In this document: positions 46,461 through 56,716 of the stretch, piece by piece | Layout: every line of letters begins with the position of its first letter | Numbering within the stretch: position 1 is the first letter of the stretch | Assembly: GCA_021513695.1 (NCBI GenBank) | Contig: CP084166.1 | Location: forward strand, 1,120,001 to 1,184,000 | Direction of reading: 5' to 3' | DNA length: 64,000 nt | Source of the DNA: Candidatus Heimdallarchaeum aukensis | GTDB lineage: Archaea > Asgardarchaeota > Heimdallarchaeia > Heimdallarchaeales > Heimdallarchaeaceae | Program-made: the position numbers and the translations under genes | Notes under the pieces: model-generated | What the model was told of the DNA's origin: nothing | Database searches by the model: none | The model's input: the letters and a program-made list of their open reading frames with translations, nothing else

Positions 46461-48328
46461 GATTTACTTTTTTACGTAAAGTTTTTCACACTCTGTCTTG
46501 CAAGAGAGAAAACTAAAGGAAGTTTAATCTCTTGAACTCAACCAAGCCATACAATGCCATGAAGGGGTTGAGACAGACATCATACACGAATCGTGGGAAT
46601 CATAAAGAAGAATAGAAAGTTTTTCTTTCTTTTCTTCACTCCACGAGAGACAAAAAAGAAAGAAAGAAAGAAAGAATTACTCCTATAATAGAGAAGGAGT
46701 TACTTTCCTTTTTGTCTACTGGGACTGCAACCAATGGCTGAGCCCTCGGCAAACAGTGAAATGGGAAGAACTGAACCTTTGACCAGTGAGGTAATCAGTG
46801 ATAGTTGTTCCTCGAGGACGAAAAAGAGCACCAAGGAACTTACGAGCGATATTCATTGCCCCTGTGAGGTCAGAGTGGAAAGTGTAGTTACAGGAAGAAC
46901 AATGAACTAAACCTCTAACGGGACGGATAACTTTTCTCCCACAACGAGCACAGTAAGAAGATGTCCCTCTTTCTCCTATTGTTAATATTCGGTGAGGTTC
47001 AAAACCTCGAAGTATCAATGCTCGACGAAGAAGAGCAAGAACAAGAGAAAAGTTCCACTGATGAAGTTTCCTGCGAAACTTACGAGTACTTTTACCTTTT
47101 CCTTTCTCCTCGCGAACATGTTTAGGGTAACCTACAACGACGAAAAGGTCATACATTCGCGCATAGGTCTCTATCGTCTGCACAACCTCACTTATAAATT
47201 GGTGAATATATGCTCGTTTAACGTTTCTATATCTTCTTCGGAGGAGACTAAGAAAACGATAAACTTGATGTTTTTTACCCGACTGGTCATTTAAAGCTGC
47301 TTTCCTCTGAAGACGGGAAAGTTTGAGTTTATATCTATGATTGACTCTATTCCACTGTTTGGTATACCAAAATTTTATCTCTTTACTTGTTAATTTCTTT
47401 TTAGGGGTTAGTAACACTCCTGTAGCAGGAATGTTTATACCTAGATCTATTCCCAGCACAGCTGGGGGAAGAGAAGAAGAACTTTTTTCTTTAGTAGGAT
47501 AAAAAGAAGGAGGAGGAAGAACTCTTAGTTGGAAATACACCCACCATTCAAGTGTAGAACGTTTATATCTTAGTTCTAAACTTTTTATTCGTCCTTTCTT
47601 TAATTCCTTCTGGTGGAAAGTGCTCATCTCTAAAGGTAACCATAGTTTCTGATGATAAGGTGTGTTTCTTTTCCATGTATCTAACGAGTCTCTTATCCCC
47701 ACCCACCAACGAGTGAGAGTGTTATTCTTCTCTTTAGGTAGATGGACGAGAACGAACCTCTTTGCATTAATTAGTTGTCTTCTTGCTCTCTTTATGGGTG
47801 GACGAGTATTATTAGGTCTATACCCTTGTTCATATAACTGTACGGCTATATCTCTACACTCTTGAAATTCGTTGTGGGAACAATAAGGGAACATTTTCTT
47901 CAGATCGTGAGGGACATTCTTTCTTCTCTCTTCTTCTTTAACTTTGGAAGTAGTTAGCGTCAGTTCATCTAGTTTTCCTCTATGCACTCTTATTTTCCCT
48001 TTTTTAGTTTTAGTACATATTTTTCTTCTGTTATGATGTATAATTCTCACATATTTTTCTATTATCCTCGTATCTCTTCCCGTTATTCTCCTTAACCTTT
48101 CCTTCTTCCTCGTCGTCAATACCTCCTTCTTTATTCTCACTTTCAAGGTTTTGACGACGTCCTCCACCATCTTTCTCTTTTCTCCTTCTTTCCTCTTTTT
48201 TTGTTTCTTCTTCTCTTTTTTTTATTATACTTTTTTCCCTATAAAAACCCCTCTCCTTCCTCTCCTCTCTTCTCTTTTTTTTTTATTTTGCTGTCAACAA
48301 CTGTAAACTACGTAAAAAATAGACGCAT
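46461..48328 (-). mobile_element. TnpB-only IS element (~1.87 kb, second family) inserted in the PhzF-family gene
   Basis: Deleting 46461-48328 joins ..MCGH to ATLASAAVLFNEF.. in frame. TTTTTTACGTA occurs near both ends in inverted orientation (46468-46478 / 48309-48319). Visibly more G+C-rich than the flanks. Boundaries are ambiguous by 3 nt (CAT at both junctions). Confidence 0.8.
46716..48170 (-). CDS. tnpB: TnpB-like RuvC/zinc-finger endonuclease (484 aa), Arg/Lys-rich
   Basis: AVLGIDLGINIPA (RuvC Asp), IGERGTSSYCARCG (Glu + CxxC), HCSSCNYTFHSDLTGAMNIARK (CxxC + Asp). No similarity at nt level to the copy A/B family. Confidence 0.8.
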   Translation of the reverse strand: MVEDVVKTLKVRIKKEVLTTRKKERLRRITGRDTRIIEKYVRIIHHNRRKICTKTKKGKIRVHRGKLDELTLTTSKVKEEERRKNVPHDLKKMFPYCSHNEFQECRDIAVQLYEQGYRPNNTRPPIKRARRQLINAKRFVLVHLPKEKNNTLTRWWVGIRDSLDTWKRNTPYHQKLWLPLEMSTFHQKELKKGRIKSLELRYKRSTLEWWVYFQLRVLPPPSFYPTKEKSSSSLPPAVLGIDLGINIPATGVLLTPKKKLTSKEIKFWYTKQWNRVNHRYKLKLSRLQRKAALNDQSGKKHQVYRFLSLLRRRYRNVKRAYIHQFISEVVQTIETYARMYDLFVVVGYPKHVREEKGKGKSTRKFRRKLHQWNFSLVLALLRRALILRGFEPHRILTIGERGTSSYCARCGRKVIRPVRGLVHCSSCNYTFHSDLTGAMNIARKFLGALFRPRGTTITDYLTGQRFSSSHFTVCRGLSHWLQSQ

Positions 48329-48934
48329 GCAACCCTTGCTTCAGCAGCAGTCTTATTTAATGAGTTTAAGATTACAACTAACATCATTGAATTTGAAACT
48401 TTAAGTGGTTCTTTACTTGTATCAAAGAAAGATAATGATTTTTATTTGGATTTCCCCATTTCTAGTTTGTTCAAAGATGAAGAGAATTATCAAGAACTCA
48501 TTTCTGCTTTAGGAATCGAAGAAGCATTAAACATCGAATATTGTGAAACTTTAGACTATCTTATAGTTGAAGTGGAAAACGATCAAATTGTAGAAGATCT
48601 AGCCCCTAATTTTCAAAGAATGTTAGACAGTCATTTACCTAAGAATGTTGGATTAGTAATTGTTACTTCTAAATCTACTTCTAACAAAGATTTTGACTTT
48701 GTTTCTCGTTGCTTTGCTCCTTGGTTTGCTATCAATGAAGACCCTGTAACTGGTTCTGCTCATACTATTTTGTATCCTTACTGGTCAAAAAGGCTAATGA
48801 AAAAAGAACTTATTGCTTACCAATGTTCTCCACGAGGAGGAATTCTTCATCTTCAACCTTCAACTTCTCCTGATAGACTTTATATAGTAGGAAAAGCAAC
48901 TGTTGTTTTACATGGTCATCTATTTCTTGATTAA
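48329..48934 (+). pseudogene. PhzF-family isomerase gene, 3' fragment (~201 codons)
   Basis: The frame of tracked ORF 48446-48934 is open back to 48329 (ATLASAAVLFNEFKITTNIIEFETLSGSLLVSKKDNDFYLDFP...). The C-terminal part has FVSRCFAPWFAINEDPVTGSAH, typical of PhzF. Confidence 0.85.
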
Positions 48935-49076
48935 TTTTATTTTTTGACCGACCGTTAATTTTATATATCAGTCAATGTCTTGAAAGTATCAGAAAATTAG
49001 AAATCTGAATTACGAGGTTACATTTAAGCTCGGAGAACACACAATACACATTTGATATCAAGGAGTGTAGATTAGA

Positions 49077-49790
49077 TTGTATGAAGAAGAAAAGGAATTA
49101 GTAGAAGTTGATGTCAACGAAGAGGGTATTGAAGAGATATCTGTTGATGAACAAAAACAAGAAGCTGAATCTAAAGAAGAAGTGGAAGAAAAGAAAGAGT
49201 CACAAGATGAGGTTGACGAAATAGAAGAATTGCGAAAATCGCTCAAAGCACTTTTTTCAGATCCTGAAGCATTAATCGAACAATATGTTCAATTATACAA
49301 GGAGCTAAAAGAAACAAAGGAAAAGCGCGATGAATACCTTTACCTTGCTCAAAAAACTCAAGCTAATTTGGAAAACTATAGAAAACAAGTACTCAAAGAT
49401 CAACAATGGGCTAATTTCCACAATAAATCCAAAATCTTGGAGAAGTTTCTTTCCATCTACGATGACCTTGCCAGAACTCAAGCTGAATTCGATAAGAATC
49501 CAGATATCGAACATGTAAAAGAAGCTCTTCGAATGATTTTTGATAACTTCAAGGCTACTTTTGATAATTTAGAAGTTAAAGTGATCTCACCAAAAGAAGG
49601 TGAAAAATTCAATCCTCGTATTCATGAAGCTATTCATGTTTTAGAGTTAGAGGACAAAGAAAACAACTCTATTGTTGAGGTTGTAAGTTTAGGATTTATG
49701 TTACAAGACTTAGTTCTTCGTCCTGCTAAAGTAGTGATTTCAAAAGTAAAAAGCAAACAAAAAGAGGAAAATAAAGATCAAGGTGATTAG
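49077..49790 (+). CDS. grpE: Nucleotide exchange factor GrpE (TTG start, AAGGAG 10 nt upstream)
   Basis: Acidic N-terminus, long helix (..[18 protein letters not shown]..), C-terminal FNPRIHEAI...[14 protein letters not shown]. Followed by dnaK 2 nt later. Confidence 0.85.
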   Translation: MYEEEKELVEVDVNEEGIEEISVDEQKQEAESKEEVEEKKESQDEVDEIEELRKSLKALFSDPEALIEQYVQLYKELKETKEKRDEYLYLAQKTQANLENYRKQVLKDQQWANFHNKSKILEKFLSIYDDLARTQAEFDKNPDIEHVKEALRMIFDNFKATFDNLEVKVISPKEGEKFNPRIHEAIHVLELEDKENNSIVEVVSLGFMLQDLVLRPAKVVISKVKSKQKEENKDQGD

Positions 49791-49792
49791 AA

Positions 49793-51703
49793 ATGTCTGA
49801 AGAAAAGAAAGAAACCAAGAAAGAAATAGTTGTTGGAATTGACTTAGGAACAACAAACTCTGCCATTGCTTATATGGTAGGAAATCAACCTCAGATTATT
49901 CCCAACGCTGAAGGAGGGAGAATCACTCCCAGTGTTGTAGCATTTAATGAGGATGGAACTAGAACTGTTGGTATTCAAGCAAAAAGGCAAGCTGTTGCTC
50001 AAGCTGAAAGAACAGTTATTGAGATTAAAAGAAAGATGGGAACTGATTATAGATTTGAAGTTGATGGAAAGAAATACAGACCAGAAGAAATTAGTGCTAT
50101 GATTCTTTCCAAACTTAAACATGATGCTGAGGAATATTTAGGTCAAAAAATTAACAAAGCAGTTATTACTGTTCCTGCATATTTCAGTGATGCTCAAAGA
50201 CAAGCAACAAAAGATGCAGGAGAAATTGCAGGTCTGGAAGTTTTAAGAATCGTTAATGAACCTACTGCATCTGCCTTAGCATATGGTTTAGATAAAGAAG
50301 AAGCAGAAAAAGTTCTCGTTTTTGACCTTGGAGGAGGAACTTTTGATGTTTCAATATTAGAATTAGATGAAGGTTTATTCCGAGTTATTGCTACAAGTGG
50401 AAACAATCTTCTTGGAGGTTCTGATTGGGATCAAAAGATAATTGACTGGATGATTGAAGAATTTAAGAAAAATGAGGGAATTGATCTTTCTGGAGACCCC
50501 AAGATTGTTCAACGTCTAAAAGATGCTGCTGAACAAGCAAAGATTGAATTAACTTCCAAACTCCAAACAAGAATTAATCTTCCTTACATTACCTTTGACC
50601 CAAAAACTAATACTCCAAAACACTTAGAGATGACACTTACAAGAGCTAAATTTGAGGAAATGACAAGAGACCTTGTTGAAAAATGCCGTGAACCTTCCTT
50701 ACAAGCAATGAAAGACGCAAAGTTAAAACCAGAGGACCTAGATAAGATTATTCTTGTTGGTGGAGCCACTCGTATGCCAATGATACAAAAAATGGTTAAA
50801 GAGCTCTTTGGCAAAGAACCTCACAAAGGAATTAACCCTGATGAGGTAGTTGCTTTAGGAGCTGCTGTTCAAGCAGGAGTCTTAGCTGGAGAGGTAAAAG
50901 ACATCCTTCTACTTGATGTTACACCTTTAACACTAGGTGTTGAAACTTTAGGAGGAGTTATGACTCCATTAATTGAAAGAAATACAACTATACCTGTAAC
51001 AAAGAAAAAAGTTTTCACTACAGCAGTTGACGGGCAACCTAGTGTGGAAATCCATGTTCTTCAAGGAGAACGTACTATGGCCAAAGATAATATCACTCTT
51101 GGTCGATTCCAGCTAGTTGGTATTCCTCCTGCGCCTAGAGGAGTTCCTCAAATTGAAGTTAGCTTTGAAATCGATGCCAATGGTATTCTTAAGGTATCTG
51201 CCAAGGACTTAGGAACTGGAAAAGAGCAATCAATTACAATTCAATCCTCACATCTAACCGAAGAAGAAATCGAACGCATGAGAAAAGACGCAGAAAAATA
51301 CAAAGAAGAGGATCAAAAGCGCAGAGAACTAATTGAAGCAAAGAACAGTGCAGAACAAGCCATATACACCACTGAGAAGACAATCAAAGAAGCTGAAGAC
51401 AAAATAAACGAAGACGAGAAAAACGCTCTTAACTCTAAAATTGAGGAACTAAAGAAAGTCCTTGAGGGAGAAGATCTTGACAAAATAAAGAAAAAGACTG
51501 AAGAATTAATGCAAGAAATGTTCAAGATCTCTCAAAGAATCTATGGCGCTGCAGGTCCTCAAGGAGCACCAGGAGCAGGGCCTACAGGCTTCCCAGGTTA
51601 TGGCGCTCCAGGTGAAGCTGCAGGAACTCAAACTGGTTCAGATATAGATGAAGAAAGTGTAATAGATGTCGACTACGAACCAGTTGACGAAGATGAAAAA
51701 TAA
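49793..51703 (+). CDS. dnaK: Molecular chaperone DnaK (Hsp70)
   Basis: [30 protein letters not shown], and a G/A/P-rich tail with an acidic C-terminus. Confidence 0.95.
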   Translation: MSEEKKETKKEIVVGIDLGTTNSAIAYMVGNQPQIIPNAEGGRITPSVVAFNEDGTRTVGIQAKRQAVAQAERTVIEIKRKMGTDYRFEVDGKKYRPEEISAMILSKLKHDAEEYLGQKINKAVITVPAYFSDAQRQATKDAGEIAGLEVLRIVNEPTASALAYGLDKEEAEKVLVFDLGGGTFDVSILELDEGLFRVIATSGNNLLGGSDWDQKIIDWMIEEFKKNEGIDLSGDPKIVQRLKDAAEQAKIELTSKLQTRINLPYITFDPKTNTPKHLEMTLTRAKFEEMTRDLVEKCREPSLQAMKDAKLKPEDLDKIILVGGATRMPMIQKMVKELFGKEPHKGINPDEVVALGAAVQAGVLAGEVKDILLLDVTPLTLGVETLGGVMTPLIERNTTIPVTKKKVFTTAVDGQPSVEIHVLQGERTMAKDNITLGRFQLVGIPPAPRGVPQIEVSFEIDANGILKVSAKDLGTGKEQSITIQSSHLTEEEIERMRKDAEKYKEEDQKRRELIEAKNSAEQAIYTTEKTIKEAEDKINEDEKNALNSKIEELKKVLEGEDLDKIKKKTEELMQEMFKISQRIYGAAGPQGAPGAGPTGFPGYGAPGEAAGTQTGSDIDEESVIDVDYEPVDEDEK

Positions 51704-51768
51704 AACTCGGTAAAGGATAAATTTAATATTATTTCTTTTTCTTCTTTCTACCGTTAGGAAGTGACGCT

Positions 51769-52917
51769 ATGTCAGAGAAACGAGATTACTATGAAGTCTT
51801 AGGAGTTAGTCGTGATGCCTCAGAAAGTGAAATAAAAAAAGCTTTTAGAAAAAAAGCTATGCAGTATCATCCTGATCGAAATCCTGATGACCCTAAAGCA
51901 GCTGAAAAGTTCAAAGAAGTTTCTGAAGCTTTTGAAGTCCTTTCTGATCCTGAAAAACGTGCAGCTTATGACAGATTTGGTTTTGCTGGTGTAGACTCAA
52001 GTTTCTCTCATGTAAGTGCGAGTGACTTTTCCTCCTTCAGTGATTTATTTTCTACACTTTTTGGTGAGGATCTTTTTAGTGAATTTTTTGGTGGACATAG
52101 AAGAAGAGCTAGTGGACCCAGAAAGGGTTCAGATTTAGTAATGAATTACTCTATTTCTTTCTACGACGCAATTTTCGGTACAAAAAGAGTTGTTGAAGTT
52201 CCAATAAAGAAAGTTTGTTCCACATGCAATGGTTCAGGAACGAAAAAAGGTTCTTCTCCTAGAATTTGCCCCACTTGTCAAGGTTCTGGTGTGGAGACAC
52301 TAACACAAAGAAGTGGTTTCACAATTTTCCAAAGACAAATTCAATGCCGTCAGTGCAATGGAAAAGGGCAAATTATTGACAACCCTTGTCCTACTTGTAA
52401 AGGAACTGGTCGTTCAAAAGAGAATGAAAAAATTAGATTAGAAATTCCCCCAGGAGTTGATAGTGGATTTAGACTTCGAATAAAAGGAAAAGGAGAAGAA
52501 GGGCATTTAGGAGGGCCTAGAGGAGACTTATATATTAGAATAATAGTTGATGAACATCCCTTCTTCAAACGCAGTGGAGATGATCTTGCCGCTGAAATAG
52601 CTATTCCTTATCCAATTGCTGTTTTAGGAGGAGAAATAACTATACCTACTCCTTATGGACCAGAGAAGGTAAATATCCCCAAGAATACTAAAGATGGAGA
52701 TGTTATTAGACTATCCAGAAAAGGAGTTCAACGAGAAACTAGATATGGAATTAATCGTGGAGACTTTCATGTAGTTGTAAGGATAGACATTCCAAAGAAG
52801 TTAACATCTGAAGAAAAGGAGCTACTTACTAAATTATCTAAAGTAATGAAAATGCCAGAAAAACAGCAAAAACTGTTTAATAAGCTATTTGAAGAGATTG
52901 AGAAAAATAAAAAATAG
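51769..52917 (+). CDS. dnaJ: Molecular chaperone DnaJ (type I: J domain, G/F region, four CxxCxGxG)
   Basis: DYYEVLGV...[39 protein letters not shown]. Confidence 0.95.
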   Translation: MSEKRDYYEVLGVSRDASESEIKKAFRKKAMQYHPDRNPDDPKAAEKFKEVSEAFEVLSDPEKRAAYDRFGFAGVDSSFSHVSASDFSSFSDLFSTLFGEDLFSEFFGGHRRRASGPRKGSDLVMNYSISFYDAIFGTKRVVEVPIKKVCSTCNGSGTKKGSSPRICPTCQGSGVETLTQRSGFTIFQRQIQCRQCNGKGQIIDNPCPTCKGTGRSKENEKIRLEIPPGVDSGFRLRIKGKGEEGHLGGPRGDLYIRIIVDEHPFFKRSGDDLAAEIAIPYPIAVLGGEITIPTPYGPEKVNIPKNTKDGDVIRLSRKGVQRETRYGINRGDFHVVVRIDIPKKLTSEEKELLTKLSKVMKMPEKQQKLFNKLFEEIEKNKK

Positions 52918-52980
52918 TTATTCTATAACTTCTTTTTATTTTCAGATACTTTTTTATTATGTAAATGTGATTTATTATAT

Positions 52981-53916
52981 ATGAGTGATGAAGATTTTGT
53001 TCGTTGTCCCAACTGTGGAAATCTTAACATTAAAGGTTCGACAAAATGCCTTTTCTGTGATCAGGAATTAGAAGTTTCAGAAGAAGACAAGGGTAAAGTT
53101 GTTGAAATTTTTTCCTGCCCTAGCTGTTCTACTGATTTACCTGTTGGGGTAAAGTCATGTCCCATTTGTGGATGGAGTGAAGAAGGAATAACAGAGGAAG
53201 AAGAAACCCCAACGGATAGAGGAGAATCGTTAGGTATTCCTCAAGTGGGAGCAAGTGCGCCTCCAACACCTATTGTTCCAGAAATCCCCCAAACTGAGGT
53301 GACAGAAGAAGCGAAAGAAGAAGTTCTTACTCCCAAGATTCCAGAAATATTGGAAGAAGAAGTAAAAGAAGTAGAAGAAAAAATAGTTATTGAAGAAGAG
53401 CTTGTTCTACCAGAAAAAGTATCTGTTAAATTTACAATAGCGTTCATATGTTTATCAATATTAATTTCAATATTCCATTATGGGCTCAGTTTCGTAATAG
53501 CTCTTCCTTCAGTTAAGATTATAGACCCTAATGTCCAAGTTATTCCTCTAGAAGGTGACTTATCAACTTCAGTAAAAATTAATGCTGCAGCTTTTTATTT
53601 ATCTGCAATAATATCTATTGCTACCGGATACATTATTTCGTTGTTCATTAGAAGAAGAATCAAAGAAACAAAGGATATCATTCTATGGTTAGGAATTTTC
53701 ATATTTATCGACATGTTAATTCACATTGCTATTCCTGCTTTAGCTACAATAATATTCTATCCCAGAGAGATATTGTTTATTAATTTAACAGGGGCAACAT
53801 TAGTGTTTTTAGTAACAAATATGGTTCTAATGTTCACCCCATTTATTGTTGGAGGACACTGGTTGTTTACAAAACTTGATAAACTTTATTTCCCTAAAAA
53901 ATATGCACAAAACTAA
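52981..53916 (+). CDS. Double zinc-ribbon membrane protein (311 aa)
   Basis: CPNCG...CLFCD and CPSCS...CPICG, an acidic E/P-rich linker, then about 4 TM helices. Confidence 0.6.
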   Translation: MSDEDFVRCPNCGNLNIKGSTKCLFCDQELEVSEEDKGKVVEIFSCPSCSTDLPVGVKSCPICGWSEEGITEEEETPTDRGESLGIPQVGASAPPTPIVPEIPQTEVTEEAKEEVLTPKIPEILEEEVKEVEEKIVIEEELVLPEKVSVKFTIAFICLSILISIFHYGLSFVIALPSVKIIDPNVQVIPLEGDLSTSVKINAAAFYLSAIISIATGYIISLFIRRRIKETKDIILWLGIFIFIDMLIHIAIPALATIIFYPREILFINLTGATLVFLVTNMVLMFTPFIVGGHWLFTKLDKLYFPKKYAQN

Positions 53917-53928
53917 AGATGTTACAAA

Positions 53929-54360
53929 ATGTACGGAGAAAAAATAGAAAAATTCTTGAAATATGAACTTGACAACATTAACAAACATTTGCCAAGAAAG
54001 AGGATACCACTCAAGAAAGGGTTGGAAGTAAATACTTATGTAAGTAAAGGTAACGATAAAATTTCAATTGACCCTCGAGAAATACAATTTTTGCAATCCT
54101 TATGTCCAAAGAATAAACTCAATTCTGTCTACTTGCCAATAATTATAGTGAGAAGAAGGGATCTTGGCGAAGGAGCGTATATAATTAGTGGTGAATCTAT
54201 AGAAGAATTTCTAGTTTTGAAAGCTATTAACAAATGGAAGGGCGATTGGGAAGAATTTATCAAAGAAAAAGAAAAGAGACACTATTTTTATCTTTATAAA
54301 CCAGATTTACTAGAAATAAGAAAAAAACTTTCTACATGCACTGTTATTGCTTTTAGTTAA
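53929..54360 (+). CDS. UPF0216/DUF61-like small archaeal protein
   Basis: 143 aa. ..LDNINKHLPRKRIPLKKGL......IDPREIQFLQSL.....YLPIIIVRR..GEGAYIISG.. resembles the UPF0216 pattern as I recall it. Tentative. Confidence 0.45.
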   Translation: MYGEKIEKFLKYELDNINKHLPRKRIPLKKGLEVNTYVSKGNDKISIDPREIQFLQSLCPKNKLNSVYLPIIIVRRRDLGEGAYIISGESIEEFLVLKAINKWKGDWEEFIKEKEKRHYFYLYKPDLLEIRKKLSTCTVIAFS

Positions 54361-54411
54361 ATTATGTGGGGAAACTTTATTTATTTCTATTCTTTTTTTT
54401 CTTGATAAAAA

Positions 54412-55596
54412 ATGAATTCTTACTCAATTTCTAAAGAAACTTACAAAAAAAGAATGGAAAAAATTAGAAGTTGGCTTGAAAAAGAGAAACTATCAGCAAT
54501 GATTTTCTTTAACCCTATTTCTATTTATTATTTAACAGGATATCGTTTTATTCCTACAGAGAGACCTATTTCTTTTATTTTTCCCACTGCTGATGAACCC
54601 TGGTTTTTCATCCCAAGGTTAGAAGTTGAACACATTAGAGAGAAGATACCTTGGATAACTTACGAGTACTATTTCGAATATCCAGATTTAAAACATCCTG
54701 CCAAAATATTTGTAGAATTATTAAAAAGAAAGAAACTCTTTACTGATCCTATTGCCCTTGAATCCTCTAATTTTTCAGCACATTGGGGATATAAAGGTCC
54801 GTTAATCACAGATTTATTAAAAGACGATGTTGAAACCAAACTTTTTCCTTATCTTATTATGGAAATGAGAAAAATTAAAGATGAAGAAGAACTCAAACTT
54901 ATTCGCGAATCTGCGAAATGGGGAAATCTTGCCCACAAATTATTACAAGAATATACTGAAATAGGAAAAGATGAAGTTGAAGTTAGCTTAAAAGCTTCTT
55001 GGGATGCAACAAAAGAAATGTTAGGAAAACTAAAAGATTTCATTCCACATAATGCGCTATCAGCTTATGCTGGATATAGAGGTCAAATCGGTGAATGGAG
55101 TGCAATTCCTCATTCTGTACTACAAAAAACAAAGTTTAAGGAAGGTCAAACACTTGTGACAGGAGCTTCAGCCAATGTTTCAGGATATTTGTCTGAACTT
55201 GAAAGAACAATGTTTGTTGGGAAGCCTAACGACAAACAACGTAAATATTTCCAAATAATGAAAAAAGCTCAAGATGCAGCTTTAGAAACATTTTCTCCAG
55301 GAATCCCTTGTAGCGAAGTAGACAAAGCGGCTAGAAAAGTTTTCAAAGATGAAGGGGTTTTTCATTTAGTTCAACACCATACTGGTCATGCTATAGGATT
55401 GGAAGGTCACGAACCTCCTTTTCTTGATATTGGGATAGAAGAAATTATCAAGCCAAGAATGGTTTTCACATGTGAACCAGGAATCTACGAATACAAGTTT
55501 GCAGGCTTTCGTCATTCTGACACAGTTATTATTCATGAAGATGGAGCAGAAAGAATCACTCTATATCCCAGAGATATTGAAGATTTAATTATCTGA
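54412..55596 (+). CDS. M24-family Xaa-Pro dipeptidase/aminopeptidase
   Basis: Creatinase-type N-domain followed by a pita-bread domain (HHTGHAIGLEGHEPP, FTCEPGIY). Confidence 0.8.
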   Translation: MNSYSISKETYKKRMEKIRSWLEKEKLSAMIFFNPISIYYLTGYRFIPTERPISFIFPTADEPWFFIPRLEVEHIREKIPWITYEYYFEYPDLKHPAKIFVELLKRKKLFTDPIALESSNFSAHWGYKGPLITDLLKDDVETKLFPYLIMEMRKIKDEEELKLIRESAKWGNLAHKLLQEYTEIGKDEVEVSLKASWDATKEMLGKLKDFIPHNALSAYAGYRGQIGEWSAIPHSVLQKTKFKEGQTLVTGASANVSGYLSELERTMFVGKPNDKQRKYFQIMKKAQDAALETFSPGIPCSEVDKAARKVFKDEGVFHLVQHHTGHAIGLEGHEPPFLDIGIEEIIKPRMVFTCEPGIYEYKFAGFRHSDTVIIHEDGAERITLYPRDIEDLII

Positions 55597-56520
55597 CGCT
55601 TTTTTTCTGGTTAATATAACCTTTTTTCCATTTTCTTTAATGAATATTGTGTCTTCTGCTTGAGCTACAGGTTTATTAGTTATCTCTTTTAAAACAGAAT
55701 ATCCGTGTAAAACATGTTGTTCTGTTAACTCTTCTAAAGCTTTTTCTATTTGTCTTTTACTAAATTTACTAACTAACCATCGAGGAGAAAAAGGTAATCC
55801 ATAAAAGTTATTTTTTATGTAAACAAACACTTCTCTGGCTTGAGAACTTGGAGTGTTTCTTAACTGTGAATAATGGATAAATATAGTGTCTAGATCATCG
55901 TCAATTACTATTCCTTTTCCAGTTGTTGAAAATGGTTCTATTGCATAGGCATTATTCTTGTGAAAAACATCTTTAGGTTTCCACAATTTTTTATTTTTTC
56001 CATAATTAGGAACAGATAATCCATCATGAAGAGAGTAGTGTCCAAGAGAGTGACCTGATAAGTTTGTTATAGGTTTGAATCCTTCTTTTTTGATTATTTT
56101 TTCAACAACTGCACCCACTTCGTAAACATTTACTTTATCGTTTATCTTCTTTAAAGCTGCAAAAAGTGCGTGTTCAGCAGATGTTTTTAACTTTTCAAAT
56201 TTAGGGTCAAAAATCTTCATTCTTGCTGCATCAGTTATAAAACCATCAAAGGCCACACCTAGATCTATTTTAACAATCGAGTTATCAGGTATTTCACTAA
56301 TATCATCTATTATAGGCGAATAATGTGCAGCAATTTCATTAATAGAAATATTTACTGGAAAAGCGGGTATTGCTCCTTGTTTTCTGATAAAATTCTCTGT
56401 TTTTTCAGCTATTTCTAGTAAAGATCGTCCAGGCTCGCACAAACTCAAAGCTAGTTCCATAGCTTTTACATGTATTTGTCCACTTAGTTTGTATTTTTTT
56501 TCTACTTGCATTTTAATCAT
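55585..56520 (-). CDS. map: Methionine aminopeptidase, type 2 (archaeal)
   Basis: IDLGVAFDGFITDAARM, GHSLGHYSLHDG, YAIEPF, AQAEDTIFI, plus the type-2 helical insert. About 300 aa. Confidence 0.85.
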   Translation of the reverse strand: MIKMQVEKKYKLSGQIHVKAMELALSLCEPGRSLLEIAEKTENFIRKQGAIPAFPVNISINEIAAHYSPIIDDISEIPDNSIVKIDLGVAFDGFITDAARMKIFDPKFEKLKTSAEHALFAALKKINDKVNVYEVGAVVEKIIKKEGFKPITNLSGHSLGHYSLHDGLSVPNYGKNKKLWKPKDVFHKNNAYAIEPFSTTGKGIVIDDDLDTIFIHYSQLRNTPSSQAREVFVYIKNNFYGLPFSPRWLVSKFSKRQIEKALEELTEQHVLHGYSVLKEITNKPVAQAEDTIFIKENGKKVILTRKKASDN

Positions 56521-56716
56521 TTCGTTAATATAATCAAGAAGGTATTCTGTTTTTTATTTGTTTTCTTAATACAGAAAAAGAGAAAAAGTAGATTTATGAG
56601 GACTAAATTTCATTTTTTTAAAAAAAAGGAGACTTTGAAAAGTAACGATAATATTAAAATAGAATAAATGATAAAGTAACAAGTAACTAAACCTTACTTA
56701 TTTAGGAGAAAAAAAT

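Noticed and set aside
46200-46535. Tracked 111-aa ORF as an intact small gene
   Set aside because: Only its first 87 codons are PhzF-like. The remainder (DLLFYVKFFTLCLAREKTKGSLIS) is read-through into the inserted IS end.
48201-48404. Plus-strand 67-aa ORF
   Set aside because: It lies in the polypyrimidine tract at the IS left end and across the IS/phzF junction. The F/L/S/P-rich translation is a by-product of the tract.
49077-52917. grpE-dnaK-dnaJ as a novel foreign island
   Set aside because: Bacterial-type Hsp70 operons are well known in many archaea and are generally regarded as ancient horizontal acquisitions. The gene order and motifs here are canonical.
55585-55596. 12-nt convergent overlap of two M24-fold peptidase genes as a regulatory feature
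   Set aside because: Short 3' overlaps are common in compact archaeal genomes. Nothing else distinguishes the site.
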